Positions 21,609 to 31,559 of a DNA stretch of 64,000 nt are shown here, in pieces. This stretch comes from Alphaproteobacteria bacterium (lineage in GTDB: Bacteria; Pseudomonadota; Alphaproteobacteria; GCA-2731375). The stretch is taken from contig CBDDBZ010000022.1 in the NCBI GenBank assembly GCA_965225945.1, positions 42,627-106,626 on the forward strand, given 5' to 3'. Under the pieces are notes generated by a model, which was given only the letters and a program-made list of their open reading frames with translations, was not told the origin of the DNA and did no database searches. Position numbers and translations under genes: made by a program. Numbering within the stretch: the stretch's first letter is position 1; every line of letters begins with the position of its first letter.

Positions 21609-22505
21609 TCAGTCGAGGGGCCGGTCATCGATCTGGAGCGGTTCGCCGGCGCGGTCGCGCATGAGCATGTCGTTCCAGTCCAGGCCGTCGAGGGCAGGGC
21701 GCAGGCGGACGACCCTGCTGTCGTTTCGGATGAGCCGTGCCGCGGCGTCATCGCCCTGGCGGGTGGCGTCGTAGGCGCAGAAGATCCGGCCGGGGTTCCA
21801 GGCCTCGATCCATTCGGGGAGGCTTGCGGTGGCGCCGCCGGTTGAGACCACGGCGCATCCCTTGCGCCCGGCCGGGACGAGGTGGAGGGAGAGGACCGAC
21901 AGGGCGTCGATTGCGTTCTTGGCGAGGATGACGGAGTTCGGCCAGTCGGGTTCCCACGACATCCAGAAGCCGCCGCGCGCGGCGGCGCCGGTCGGCGCGA
22001 GGCGGCGTGGCGCCGCGGCAGGGACGATCTCGGCGCCGAGAGCCTCGCCGGCCGCGTTTCGGCGGACGAACACGGCGTTGCCGTGGCGGTCGGCGTAGAG
22101 CAAGCCGAGGTCGCGGCACAGGGCGACGAGCACATCCGCGAGGCCGCGCTGCTCGACGAGGTAGCTCTGGATGGCGGGCCAGTGGCGGTCCGGGCACGGC
22201 GGCTTCGGGTGGCGATCGGCCGGGAACCGGTCACGGCACGGCAGTTTCGAGAAGAAGCCGAGGGCCTCGGGCACGGTGCACCGGCAGGCATGGATTACCA
22301 GGTCGATCGCTCCGCCCCCGCCCTCGCCGCGCAGATGTTCGTAGAACATAAAGCCGTTGATGCTGACGACGGATCCGGGACGCCTCCAGCGCGCGGCATC
22401 GGTGGGATCGCGGCGGTAGCCGAGGCGGCGGACGACGTCTTCGAGGGGATAGCCTCGCAGGGCCTCGGCCCGCACCCGCCGGTCCCAGAGGCGGGGACCA
22501 TCCAT
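21609..22505 (-). CDS. DUF3991 + Toprim-like (primase-like) passenger protein
   Basis: GGGGAIDLVIH, YLVEQRGL, LYADRHGNAVF, GAEI, AIDALS, VSTGG, CAYDAT..GD, DWND. Confidence 0.8.
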   Translation of the reverse strand: MDGPRLWDRRVRAEALRGYPLEDVVRRLGYRRDPTDAARWRRPGSVVSINGFMFYEHLRGEGGGGAIDLVIHACRCTVPEALGFFSKLPCRDRFPADRHPKPPCPDRHWPAIQSYLVEQRGLADVLVALCRDLGLLYADRHGNAVFVRRNAAGEALGAEIVPAAAPRRLAPTGAAARGGFWMSWEPDWPNSVILAKNAIDALSVLSLHLVPAGRKGCAVVSTGGATASLPEWIEAWNPGRIFCAYDATRQGDDAAARLIRNDSRVVRLRPALDGLDWNDMLMRDRAGEPLQIDDRPLD

Positions 22506-22507
22506 GG

Positions 22508-23296
22508 CTACGCCGGCGGCGGTTCCCCGCGGTCCTGCGCGCCGGCCTTGCCGGCTCGCCGCCGGCGGCGGGCGGCGCGGCGCTGCTTCTGGCGTTCCTC
22601 GGCCTCCTTGCGGCGCCAGGACTCGGCGTCGATGGCGATGATCTCGGCGTTGTGGACGAGGCGGTCGACCAGGGCGACGAGGCAGGCGGCGTTGGGGAAG
22701 GCCTCACCCCACTCGGCGAAGGGCCGGTTGGTGGTGATTATGGTGGAGTTCTGCTGGCTGCGGCTGGAGACGATGTTGAACAGCAGATCGGCATGGCGGT
22801 TGCTGTAGGACAGGTATCCGACCTCGTCGATCACCAGCAGGTGCTGGCGGGCGTAGAAGCGCAGCCTGCGCTGAAGCAGGGTGTCGCTGTCGAGGGCGGC
22901 GAGCTCGCCGAGCATGCTGGCCGCGGTGGCGAAGCGCACGGTGTGGCCCTCGAGGACGGCGCGGTGGGCGATATTGGCGGCGATGGTCGACTTGCCGACG
23001 CCGTTTGGGCCGACCAGGACGACGTTGGCGGCCTCGTTGAGGAACTCGAGGCTCATGAGATCCTCGACGGCCATGCGGTCGCAGCGGCGCGGCCATGCCC
23101 AGTCGAAGTCGGCGAGCGGCTTGAACTGTCCGAGGCGGGCGTCGGCGAGGCGGCGCTTGAGGCTGCGGCTTCGCCGTTCCTCCTCTTCCCAGGCGACCAG
23201 CGCAGCGGGCCAGTCATGCCCGGCGACCTCGCCCCAGTGGGCGGCGAGGCCGTGCAGGCCGAGCGCCCGGGCACGGCCCATGAGGGTATCGTTCAT
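22508..23296 (-). CDS. istB: IS21 helper AAA+ ATPase
   Basis: [43 protein letters not shown]. Confidence 0.95.
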   Translation of the reverse strand: MNDTLMGRARALGLHGLAAHWGEVAGHDWPAALVAWEEEERRSRSLKRRLADARLGQFKPLADFDWAWPRRCDRMAVEDLMSLEFLNEAANVVLVGPNGVGKSTIAANIAHRAVLEGHTVRFATAASMLGELAALDSDTLLQRRLRFYARQHLLVIDEVGYLSYSNRHADLLFNIVSSRSQQNSTIITTNRPFAEWGEAFPNAACLVALVDRLVHNAEIIAIDAESWRRKEAEERQKQRRAARRRRRAGKAGAQDRGEPPPA

Positions 23297-24798
23297 TGCT
23301 CGCTGTCCTCCTCGGGTTCGCCGGCCAGCCCGTCGTATCCGACGAGGTCGTGATCGCGGACAGTGATGTCGCGCACTCTCGGATCGCCGGGCAGTTCGAC
23401 GGGGATGGGCGGGGGTTGGTGCCGCAGCTCGCGCCGCCGGGTCAGGCTCAGGCGCACGGCGTTGGGATGGGGAACGTCCCGCTTCAGGGCCTCGTCGATG
23501 GCCGCCTCGAGCTCGGCGGCGCCGTAGGCGTCGAGGAGGCGCAACAGGGCGGCGACGGTGGCGCCTATATAGCCGCCGCGCTGGGCGGCCTCGGCGAGCA
23601 GGCGCTCGCTGTTGGGCGCGGCCTGGACCAGCCGGTCCTGGCCGCGAAGGCGGCGGGCATGGCTCTTGCGCCTGACCAGCTCGGCGATGTGCTCGGGGTT
23701 CTCGATGCGGGCCGCCTTGTCGAAGCTGCGCGGATGGCTGGCGATGACGTCCACACCGTCGAGGATGCGCACCTCGTCGAGCGTCGCGACCACGACGAGG
23801 GTGCGCCGCACATGGGTGTGCGGCACGCTGTAATCGTTGAGATCGAAGCGGGCGTAGGGGGTCTTGCCGATGGCGACCTCGACCCGGTCGTGGTCGGGGA
23901 AGGGATCGCCGGGCAGCGCGATGAGAGAGCCGCGTTCCCGCTCGAAGGCCTCGCGCACGGTGATCGAGCGGTCTTCGGGCCAGGGGCGGTCGGCGGCGAT
24001 GCCGTGGCACCAGGCCAGGGCCTGGGCGTTGAGATCGTCGATATCGCGCCACCGGCGGGCGGCGAAGAAGCTGGTCCGGACATAGCGAATCGCCCGCTCC
24101 ACGCGCCCCTTCTCGTTGCCGCGCGCGACCGCGACGGGCTTGGGCAGGAAGTGGTAGTGGCCGGCGAGGTCGAGGATCCGGGGATTGAACCGGATGGCGG
24201 CGCCGCGGCGCTCCAGCACGACGCTCTTCAGGTTGTCGTACCAGAGCTCGCGGGGCACGCCCTGCCACGCCTCGAAGGCTTCGACATGGCCGCGCAGGAA
24301 GTTGCTCATCCCGGCGTCGAGGTAGAAGCGCAGGAAGATCCGCCGCGAGTAGCTGAGAACCATCACGAAGCCCATCAGGCGGCGCTCCGCGCGGCCGATC
24401 GTCACCTTGCCGAAGTGTCCCCAGTCGACCTGGGCCTGCTCGCCGGGAAGGGTCTTGAGGCGCAGATAGGCCTCGGCCACGGGCCTGGGCCTGAAGTGGC
24501 TGAGCAGATGACGGAAGTGGTCGCCGCCGCCCGGATAGCCGCGTTCGCGCACCATCTGGTAGAGCCGGCTGGCGGGCAGCGTCGGCCAGGATGCCAGCGT
24601 CTCGGCGATGAACGGCACGTATGGATCGATCATCGACGGCCTGGGCGACCTCGCGTCCCGGGGCTCGCCGGCCGCGGTGAGGAGGCGCTCGACGGTGTAG
24701 CGATGCACGCCGAGCTGGCGTGTGATCGTGCCGACCGTCCACTTCTCGACGTGATACAGGCGCAGGATCTCCGCGCGGGTCTCCTTGTCGATGGTCAT
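23293..24798 (-). CDS. istA: IS21 transposase
   Basis: N-terminal [39 protein letters not shown]. Confidence 0.95.
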   Translation of the reverse strand: MTIDKETRAEILRLYHVEKWTVGTITRQLGVHRYTVERLLTAAGEPRDARSPRPSMIDPYVPFIAETLASWPTLPASRLYQMVRERGYPGGGDHFRHLLSHFRPRPVAEAYLRLKTLPGEQAQVDWGHFGKVTIGRAERRLMGFVMVLSYSRRIFLRFYLDAGMSNFLRGHVEAFEAWQGVPRELWYDNLKSVVLERRGAAIRFNPRILDLAGHYHFLPKPVAVARGNEKGRVERAIRYVRTSFFAARRWRDIDDLNAQALAWCHGIAADRPWPEDRSITVREAFERERGSLIALPGDPFPDHDRVEVAIGKTPYARFDLNDYSVPHTHVRRTLVVVATLDEVRILDGVDVIASHPRSFDKAARIENPEHIAELVRRKSHARRLRGQDRLVQAAPNSERLLAEAAQRGGYIGATVAALLRLLDAYGAAELEAAIDEALKRDVPHPNAVRLSLTRRRELRHQPPPIPVELPGDPRVRDITVRDHDLVGYDGLAGEPEEDSEQ

Positions 24799-25235
24799 CT
24801 CACCCCCTTTCCCGTCGGGCGCAGCCCCGGATAGACCGCCTGCCCGCAGAACCGGCCGCAGCGATCGCAGCGGAAGACCCTGGCGGGCCGCTCGTGCCCG
24901 AAGGGCCGTGTTCCGGGACGCCCTGCCGGCGTCCGCGCCACAACAGGACGCCGCCGCGCGGCGGTCAAAGGGTGATGCGTCACTTCCTGCCCGCGGCGCC
25001 GATTCACCGGCGTCCGGCGCCGCCGGCGTTCGCGATAGCGCCGCTGGCGCTCAGCATGCTTGTGACGGCCCCGCCGGCTGTTCTGGTAGCGCTGCCCGGC
25101 ATGGCGCTGCGATCGCCGGCGCACCCGATCGCTGCAGCTCCGTGAACAGTAGATGTTGCCGTGGTCGCAGTGCCGGCAGAGAACCACCTGTTGATGGCAC
25201 GAGGCGCAGTTGAACAGGCGGGCGGTGTTCTTCAT
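24795..25235 (-). CDS. Cys-rich (Zn-finger) basic protein, first gene of the IS21 element
   Basis: [34 protein letters not shown], Arg-rich helix, C-terminal CDRCG; stop overlaps the istA start (ATGA). Confidence 0.75.
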   Translation of the reverse strand: MKNTARLFNCASCHQQVVLCRHCDHGNIYCSRSCSDRVRRRSQRHAGQRYQNSRRGRHKHAERQRRYRERRRRRTPVNRRRGQEVTHHPLTAARRRPVVARTPAGRPGTRPFGHERPARVFRCDRCGRFCGQAVYPGLRPTGKGVR

Positions 25236-25706
25236 CGCGCAGCCGATGAGAACGGGGTGGACCCACGCCCAAACCCGCACGATACTGCGCATATGGGTCG
25301 TGCCTTGCATGGCTCGGGGGGTGCGGTGCCGGTCGTTGCCAGCAAGCAAACGGGGCCGGCGCCGCATCGTTCTCAGCGGCCCGAGTGTACTCCCGCGGCT
25401 CCCCTTGTCAGGTCCGCGGAACCGCCGCCGCCAGCCAGCCAAAACAGGAATCGAGACGCCCGCCCGCGGTGGATAAGCAGCCCGCCGCCGCCAGACTCTT
25501 GGCGGTCGCCGCGGCGGGCTACTTACCCACCGCTGCGCCGAGCCAACTCCCGCCTGCAAACCACGCAGCTACAGCGCCACGATGCCCGATGTCGCTGAAA
25601 TCACCATCTAAGCGCGGTTTTTCATCGCCACCGACACGTCTTCGCCACGAGCCTCGACGAGCTCGTCCGGCTCACCGGCGGCGTGGTCTTGGCGGCGATT
25701 TCATCA

Positions 25707-25729
25707 TAAACCCGCCGTTAACGGTTAAT
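25707..25729 (+). promoter_or_regulatory. Possible CtrA site upstream of the Sel1 gene
   Basis: taaa-cccgccg-ttaac-ggttaa matches TTAA-N7-TTAAC with one mismatch, plus an extra half-site. Confidence 0.4.
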
Positions 25730-25794
25730 CCGCCACACTCTCCGGGACGTCGAGAGACAGCGAGCGGCCAGCGGGCCGAGCGACGGAGGGAGAG

Positions 25795-26070
25795 ATGGCG
25801 AAGGGTCGCCGAAAAAAGAGCATCGAGGCCTGCCGGCACGACACGGAGGCCGGCACCTCGGAGGCGCAATTTCGCCTCGGGCTGATCTATTCCACCGGCT
25901 CGAGCGAGGCGCCGCTGGACTTCATCCTGGCGCACAAGTGGCTCAACCTCGCGGCCCGGAGCGGCAACGGCGAGGCCCGCGAGCTCCGGCGCGAGATCGC
26001 CGGCGACATGAGCCGCGACCAAATCGCCCGGGCGCAACGCCTCGCCCGCGAGTGGCTCCAGACCCACTGA
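25795..26070 (+). CDS. Small Sel1-repeat protein
   Basis: AQFRLGLIYSTG...DFILAHKWLNLAARSG...MSRDQIARAQRLAREW; RBS GGAGGGAGAG. Confidence 0.9.
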   Translation: MAKGRRKKSIEACRHDTEAGTSEAQFRLGLIYSTGSSEAPLDFILAHKWLNLAARSGNGEARELRREIAGDMSRDQIARAQRLAREWLQTH

Positions 26071-26318
26071 TACCATCCGCCATAAATGGCGATTCCCCGA
26101 TCGCCCAACGGGTTATTCGTCGCCACGCGTGCGCGTGGCATGGCCCGGCCAGCCCGCTCCGGGTTTTCTCCCCTGGCCAAACCACCCGAGCGAGCCGGCC
26201 GGGCCAGGCGGTGCGCCGGGCCTCCCGCTCCTGGGTGGTTGGGCGGGGGAGCGGGAGGCCTGGCGCGCCGCGCGAGCGGCGATCAAAAATAGCTGCCGCC
26301 GGGTAGCAACCTCGAACC

Positions 26319-27239
26319 TCAGCCTCGGGTGAGGGCCCGGGCGAAGTCGCCGGCATCGAAGGGGCGGAGGTCGTCGAGCCCCTCGCCCACGCCGACGAAG
26401 TGGATCGGCAGGCCGAAGCGGGCGGCGACCGCCACCAGCACGCCGCCCCGGGCCGAGCCGTCGAGCTTGGTCATCGCCAGGCCGGAAACGGCGGCGACGT
26501 CGCGGAACACCTCGACCTGAAGAAGCGTGTTCTGCCCCGTCGTCGCGTCCAGCACCAACAGGACGTCGTGAGGCGCGCTCTCGTCCAGCTTGGCCACGAC
26601 CCGGCAGATCTTGGCGAGCTCCGCCATCAGGTCCTGCTTGTTCTGTAGCCGACCGGCGGTGTCGACCAGCAGGACGTCGGCGTCGAGCGCGCGGGCCCGC
26701 TCCAGCGCCTCGTAGGCGACGGCGGCGGCGTCCGCGCCGACCTCGCGCGCCACCACCTCGGCGCCGACGCGGCGGCCCCAGATGGCGAGCTGCTCGATCG
26801 CCGCCGCGCGGAAGGTGTCGCCGGCGGCCAGCACCACCTTGCGGTCGGCCTCGATCAACGCCTTGGCCAACTTGGCGATGGTCGTGGTCTTGCCGGTGCC
26901 GTTGACGCCGACCACGAGGATGACGTGGGGCCGATGGCCCGGGTCTATGAGCAAGGGCACCGCCACCGGCTCCAGGATCTCCTCGACCACGCCGGCCAGC
27001 GCCTCGCGCACGTCCTCGTCGGTGACGTGCCGGTCGAACTTCTCGGCCTCGAGGCGCGCCGTCACCTCGGCGGCCACCACCGGGCCCAGGTCGGCGGCGA
27101 TCAGCAGCTCCTCCAGCTCGTCGAGCGCGTCGCGATCCAAGCGCCGGCGGGCGACGGCGCCGGAGATCTGCTGGCCGAGACGACCGGCGCTGCGGCCCAA
27201 ACCGGCCGTCAGGCGGCCGAGCCAACCGCCCTCGCTCAC
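26319..27239 (-). CDS. ftsY: SRP receptor GTPase
   Basis: GVNGTGKTTT, DTFRAAA, DTAGR, TKLDGSARGG, GVGEG. Confidence 0.97.
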   Translation of the reverse strand: MSEGGWLGRLTAGLGRSAGRLGQQISGAVARRRLDRDALDELEELLIAADLGPVVAAEVTARLEAEKFDRHVTDEDVREALAGVVEEILEPVAVPLLIDPGHRPHVILVVGVNGTGKTTTIAKLAKALIEADRKVVLAAGDTFRAAAIEQLAIWGRRVGAEVVAREVGADAAAVAYEALERARALDADVLLVDTAGRLQNKQDLMAELAKICRVVAKLDESAPHDVLLVLDATTGQNTLLQVEVFRDVAAVSGLAMTKLDGSARGGVLVAVAARFGLPIHFVGVGEGLDDLRPFDAGDFARALTRG

Positions 27240-28504
27240 GCCGCCGGCACTCCGAGCAGCCGTTCGCCGTCGCTGGCCAGCAGGCGCACTCTCGCCAGCG
27301 CGCCCGGCCTTTGCTCGCTCGTTTCCCCCCTCGTTTTCCCTGGGGGCAGGTCGACGAGGTCGAAATGCTCCGAGCGGCCGGTGGTGGGCGTCTCCATCAC
27401 CAGTTGGGCCATCGTGCCCACGCGCGCGTCGAGATGGCGCGCTCGGGCCACCCGGCCGGCGGCGCGAAGCCGGCCTGCGCGCTCGCGCCGGATCGCCTTG
27501 GCCACCGCCGGCATCCGCGCGGCCGGCGTCCCGGCACGTTCCGAATAGGCGAAGACATGGAGGTGGGCGAGGCCCGCCTCGTCGATGAAGTCGAGGGTTC
27601 GCCGAAACGCCGCCTCGTCCTCGGTCGGGAAGCCGGCGATCAGGTCGGCGCCCAGCGCGATGTCGGGGCGGAGCGCGCGCAAGCGCCGGCAGAGTGCGAG
27701 CGCCTGGTCCCGTCCGTGGCGCCGCTTCATCCGCTTCAAGATCAGGTCGTCACCGGCTTGCAGGCTGAGATGCAGATGCGGCATCAGCCGGGGCTCCTCG
27801 GCCACCAAGCGCAACAGGTCGTCGTCGAGCGCGGCCGGATCGATCGAGCTCAGCCGGAGGCGCGCCAGGCCGGGCACCGCCGCCAGCAGGCGCCGCGCCA
27901 TCCGGCCGAGGCGCGGCCGGCCCGCCAGATCGGCGCCATAGGAGGTCATGTCGACGCCGGTCAGCACGATCTCGTTATAGCCCCGCGCGACCAGCGCGCT
28001 GGCCTGCTCGACCACGGCTGCGAGCGGCACGCTCCGGCTCGGGCCGCGGGCAAAGGGGATGATGCAGAAGGTGCAGCGATGGTCGCAGCCTTGCTGGACC
28101 TGCACGAAGGCCCGCGCGCGGCCGTCGAAGCCCTCGATCAAATGGCCGGCGACGTCGGCTGCCTCCATGATGTCGTTGACCCGGACCCGAGCCTCGTCGT
28201 CGGGCCTGAAATTGATCGCCTCCAGCTTCTCGGCGTTGCCGAGGACGCGATCGACCTCGGCCATGGCGGCGAAGCGCTCCGGCTCCAGTTGCGCGGCGCA
28301 GCCGGTGACGATCAGGCGCGCGCCCGGCCGCTCGCGGCGCGCCCGGCGAACGGCCTGGCCGGATCGGCGAACCGCCTCGGCCGTCACCGCGCAGGTGTTG
28401 ACGATCACCGCATCGGCGAGGCCGGCGCGCGCCGCCTGCTGGCGGATCAGCTCGCTCTCGAAGGCGTTGAGGCGGCAGCCGAGGGTGACGACGTCCAGGC
28501 TCAT
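27236..28504 (-). CDS. mtaB: tRNA t6A37 methylthiotransferase (radical SAM)
   Basis: [26 protein letters not shown]; conserved dapF-mtaB-ftsY order. Confidence 0.93.
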   Translation of the reverse strand: MSLDVVTLGCRLNAFESELIRQQAARAGLADAVIVNTCAVTAEAVRRSGQAVRRARRERPGARLIVTGCAAQLEPERFAAMAEVDRVLGNAEKLEAINFRPDDEARVRVNDIMEAADVAGHLIEGFDGRARAFVQVQQGCDHRCTFCIIPFARGPSRSVPLAAVVEQASALVARGYNEIVLTGVDMTSYGADLAGRPRLGRMARRLLAAVPGLARLRLSSIDPAALDDDLLRLVAEEPRLMPHLHLSLQAGDDLILKRMKRRHGRDQALALCRRLRALRPDIALGADLIAGFPTEDEAAFRRTLDFIDEAGLAHLHVFAYSERAGTPAARMPAVAKAIRRERAGRLRAAGRVARARHLDARVGTMAQLVMETPTTGRSEHFDLVDLPPGKTRGETSEQRPGALARVRLLASDGERLLGVPAA

Positions 28505-29367
28505 GCCGCCCGCTCCGCCGCCGGACCGAGGAGGCTCGCGTCCACCACGCCGGTGAAACTGGTCGCCACCGGCCCGGTCATCACCACCTGGCCGTCGCTC
28601 ATCCGCCAGGCGACCCCGAGCTCGCCGCCGTCGACCTCCACGGTGAGCTCGCGCTCGACAAGTTCGCGACGGATCGCCGCCACGGCGGCGGCGCAGGCGC
28701 CGGAGCCACAGGCCCGGGTCAGGCCGGCGCCGCGCTCCCACACCCTGAGGCGTAGGTGTCGACGGTCGCGGACCTGGGCGACGGAGATGTTGGCGCGCTC
28801 GGGAAACAGCGGATCGCTCTCCAAAATTGGACCGACGGTGGCGAGATCGATCGCGCGCACGTCGTCGACGAAGAAAACGGCGTGCGGGTTGCCGATCGAA
28901 AGGGCGACCGGATCGGCCAGCACCGGCTGGTTGGCCTGGCGAAGCGATAGCTCCAGGTGGAGCGTGTCCATCTCGCGCGCCAGCGGCACGTCGGTCCACG
29001 CGAGGCCGGGCACGCCCATGGCGACGGAGATGGCGCCGGCCCCCGCCGCCCGGGCCACGAGAATGCCCGCCAGGGTCTCGATCCGGATCTCGTCCCGCCC
29101 GAGATCGGCCATCACCAGGGCCGCGACGCAGCGCGCGCCGTTGCCGCAGGCCTCGACCTCGCCGCCGTCGCTGTTGCGGATCCGCATGAAGACGTCGGCT
29201 TCGCCCGACGGCTCGACCACGATGAGCTGGTCGCAGCCGACGCCGGTCCGCCGGTCGGCGATTCGGCGCGCGGCCTCGGCGTCCGGCGCGAACGGCCGCT
29301 CGCGCGCGTCGACGACGATGAAATCGTTGCCGAGTCCGTGCATCTTGATGAAGCTACGTGGGCTCAT
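28501..29367 (-). CDS. dapF: Diaminopimelate epimerase
   Basis: [34 protein letters not shown]. Confidence 0.97.
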   Translation of the reverse strand: MSPRSFIKMHGLGNDFIVVDARERPFAPDAEAARRIADRRTGVGCDQLIVVEPSGEADVFMRIRNSDGGEVEACGNGARCVAALVMADLGRDEIRIETLAGILVARAAGAGAISVAMGVPGLAWTDVPLAREMDTLHLELSLRQANQPVLADPVALSIGNPHAVFFVDDVRAIDLATVGPILESDPLFPERANISVAQVRDRRHLRLRVWERGAGLTRACGSGACAAAVAAIRRELVERELTVEVDGGELGVAWRMSDGQVVMTGPVATSFTGVVDASLLGPAAERAA

Positions 29368-29681
29368 GGGCAGGGGATATACGCGTAATGGAGCGCCGAA
29401 TCCAGGCCCCGTCGCCGGAAGATCTCGGAGATCGCCCGTCTCGTCGACCCGAGCCCCAAGACGACACGGCGGGAGTGGCGGGCTTTCCCATTTCCGGCAT
29501 TCGGAACGGCCGCCGATATCGATGTTAAGCCTTTGTTTTTATTATGCTTTAATTGGGCCACTTTCCCATAGATGATTGGGAATGGGAACGTTCATGACCG
29601 CATGCAAGCAGGTAGGGTAAGGTTGGCGTCGCTTCCGCGATGAACCGCGGTCCGGGCAACCCGGGAAATCTCGGGCTCCAG

Positions 29682-29710
29682 TTGACAAAATACGGATATC
29701 CCGTATTTCA
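29682..29710 (+). promoter_or_regulatory. Sigma70-type promoter with an overlapping operator palindrome
   Basis: TTGACA at 29682-29687 followed by aaatacgg-atatc-ccgtattt (29688-29708), just upstream of the HTH gene. Confidence 0.65.
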
Positions 29711-29725
29711 TGAAAAGATATTACC

Positions 29726-29992
29726 ATGAATCAAATCAATGATCCTGATAACAAGCCACTGAGTGATGGTGAATTACATCGGATGAAGAAAACGCCTCGG
29801 GCCAAGATCATCCGTAGGTCGTTGAAGTTGAGCCGGGAAGAATTTGCCGCTGCCTATCAAATTCCCATAGGAACCCTTCGAGATTGGGAACAGCACCGAT
29901 CGGTACCAGATAAAGTTGCGAGTTCTTATCTAAAGGTTATTGCTAGTGAGCCAGAGATTGTTCGAAAAGCGTTGGAATCTTCTGCCTCTTGA
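29726..29992 (+). CDS. XRE-family HTH protein resembling a HigA-type antitoxin; no toxin partner
   Basis: DPDNKPLSD, IIRRSLKLSREEFAAAYQIPIGTLRDWEQHRSVPD...YLKVIASEPE. Confidence 0.85.
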   Translation: MNQINDPDNKPLSDGELHRMKKTPRAKIIRRSLKLSREEFAAAYQIPIGTLRDWEQHRSVPDKVASSYLKVIASEPEIVRKALESSAS

Positions 29993-30000
29993 CACTATGG

Positions 30001-30840
30001 CTAACCCGGCTTCCGCGCCGACAACACGCGAATATGAGCACTCAGCCGAAATTTTCCTTCGGATAGGTAAAGCGCATGGGCTTCAGCGATTTTTTCGTCC
30101 AAGGCAGATAACTCTTCCTTGCTCATATCCCGCATCGCCGAGCCAAGGTTCATGCCAACGATCGGTTGCCAAAACGGTATGCTCGCCGGAATGCTGGGTT
30201 CGAACCTCAGATCCGTCTCCGAAGCATCACTAAATCCAGCGGCCTCGAAAATGCGTGTGAGCGAGCCTTGCTCCGCATAAGCGGCGGGATGTGCAGCTGC
30301 CTCTTCATCCAACAGGTTCAATTGCGCATTGGCGGCGTCGAGTGCCACGCTGAGCACTGTATTGTCTTTCATTAGGCCCCAAACCATCAATGCGACATGG
30401 CCACCAGGACGCAAGACCCGCAGGATTTCAGCCGCTGTTTTATCAGGCGCTTCTGAATACATGAAACCAAAGCGACTGATGACTTGATCGAAGCTATTAT
30501 CGTCAAACGGTAGCGCCTGCATGTCAGCCTGCTGAAAAGACATGTTGGCCAGGTCCTTTGCTTTCGCTCGCCGTTCTGCGACCGCCAGCATTTCCGTGGA
30601 GTAATCACTTGCTGTCACACGGCCGCTCGACCCCACGGTTTCCGCCGCAGTCAAAGACGGTTCACCGGCACCGCAAGCCAGGTCGAGTACCTTATTTCCA
30701 GCAGCGATATTGGCGGCATCAATCAATGGACGGTTAAAGCCTTCGGCTTGTGGTGCTACAGTCTCCGCCCACTTCTCCCAATCGGCTGCGAGGTCGGCCC
30801 AATAATTGTGCTGCCAGTCATAGTAATTTTGTTCGCCCAT
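30001..30840 (-). CDS. Class I SAM-dependent methyltransferase (UbiE/Methyltransf_11-like)
   Basis: VLDLACGAGEP, ADMQALPFDDNSFD, RVLRPGG; visibly lower GC than the flanks. Confidence 0.9.
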   Translation of the reverse strand: MGEQNYYDWQHNYWADLAADWEKWAETVAPQAEGFNRPLIDAANIAAGNKVLDLACGAGEPSLTAAETVGSSGRVTASDYSTEMLAVAERRAKAKDLANMSFQQADMQALPFDDNSFDQVISRFGFMYSEAPDKTAAEILRVLRPGGHVALMVWGLMKDNTVLSVALDAANAQLNLLDEEAAAHPAAYAEQGSLTRIFEAAGFSDASETDLRFEPSIPASIPFWQPIVGMNLGSAMRDMSKEELSALDEKIAEAHALYLSEGKFRLSAHIRVLSARKPG

Positions 30841-31200
30841 GTCGTCCTCCCCCGATACCAGTTAAATAGTATCATCTTCGAGTAGAACCTAGCATATCGG
30901 CCCATCGCATTGCGCATTAGCCTCATTCGTAATTTTCTATCTGAGCTATCGCCCAATGTCAGGTTATAGCTATGAATCCCCTAACCAGCCGCGTCGCCGC
31001 AACGGGGATTGTACACCCAATTCCAGACCTCACGCTACACAGCCGTGCAAAAAAGGCGGGGAAGCGCAAGCGGCGCCACCATCTATATATCTAAAGGACG
31101 TTATGTAATATTGGCACCAGATTGACGGCATCTCGTGGCTCGAACGCCCTTGCGCGCCCACCAGCGTCCGCTGATGGGCCGGAAACGAGGGCTCCACATT

Positions 31201-31234
31201 ATGAGGATCGAAAAGACATGAGGATCGAAAAGAC
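31201..31234 (+). repeat. Exact 17-bp tandem duplication
   Basis: atgaggatcgaaaagac twice. Confidence 0.9.
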
Positions 31235-31559
31235 CGAGAGCCCGATACCGGCCATTGCTCGCCGACCGCCCGTCCGGGAAGGACCCGCGGACCGACTGTG
31301 GCTGCGATATCAGGTCTTCAAGTTCATGTAGCCCAACCTCAAATCAGAAACAGACCGGCCGGCATGGGAAATAGTCAACGTCCCGGGTCAAAATAAGAAT
31401 TGCCGCCCCGTCCCCCGCGCGCCGACCCGCTTGACAGCTTGGGGTGCCAGTCCTAAATAGCCTGGCGTTTCGACGCTGGCGCCGGGTCCAGCACCGGCCG
31501 TTTCCGCCTGGCCCCGCGACGATCCGCCGGCAACGTGCAAACCAGGAGCGGTATCCGCG

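Larger units (their letters stand above)
21496..25636 (-). mobile_element. IS21-family element of 4141 bp with four genes (Zn-finger, istA, istB, DUF3991/Toprim)
   Basis: TGT...ACA termini; 5-bp TSD cgtct (21491-21495 and 25637-25641); both ends carry gcgctta(t/g)atggtg starting at base 22 from the tip. Confidence 0.92.
20959..25709 (+). pseudogene. YbaK/EbsC aminoacyl-tRNA deacylase interrupted twice (101-bp hairpin element and IS21 element)
   Basis: TARTAGDAAASLGCPL|GAIVKSLVF...GFAIGAIAPVGH...AAAGHPRCV|FATSLDELVRLTGG...* reassembles in frame after removing both insertions. Confidence 0.9.

Noticed and set aside
31112-31127. Sigma54 promoter (tggcaccagattgac)
   Set aside because: No GC at the -12 position with GG-N10-GC spacing
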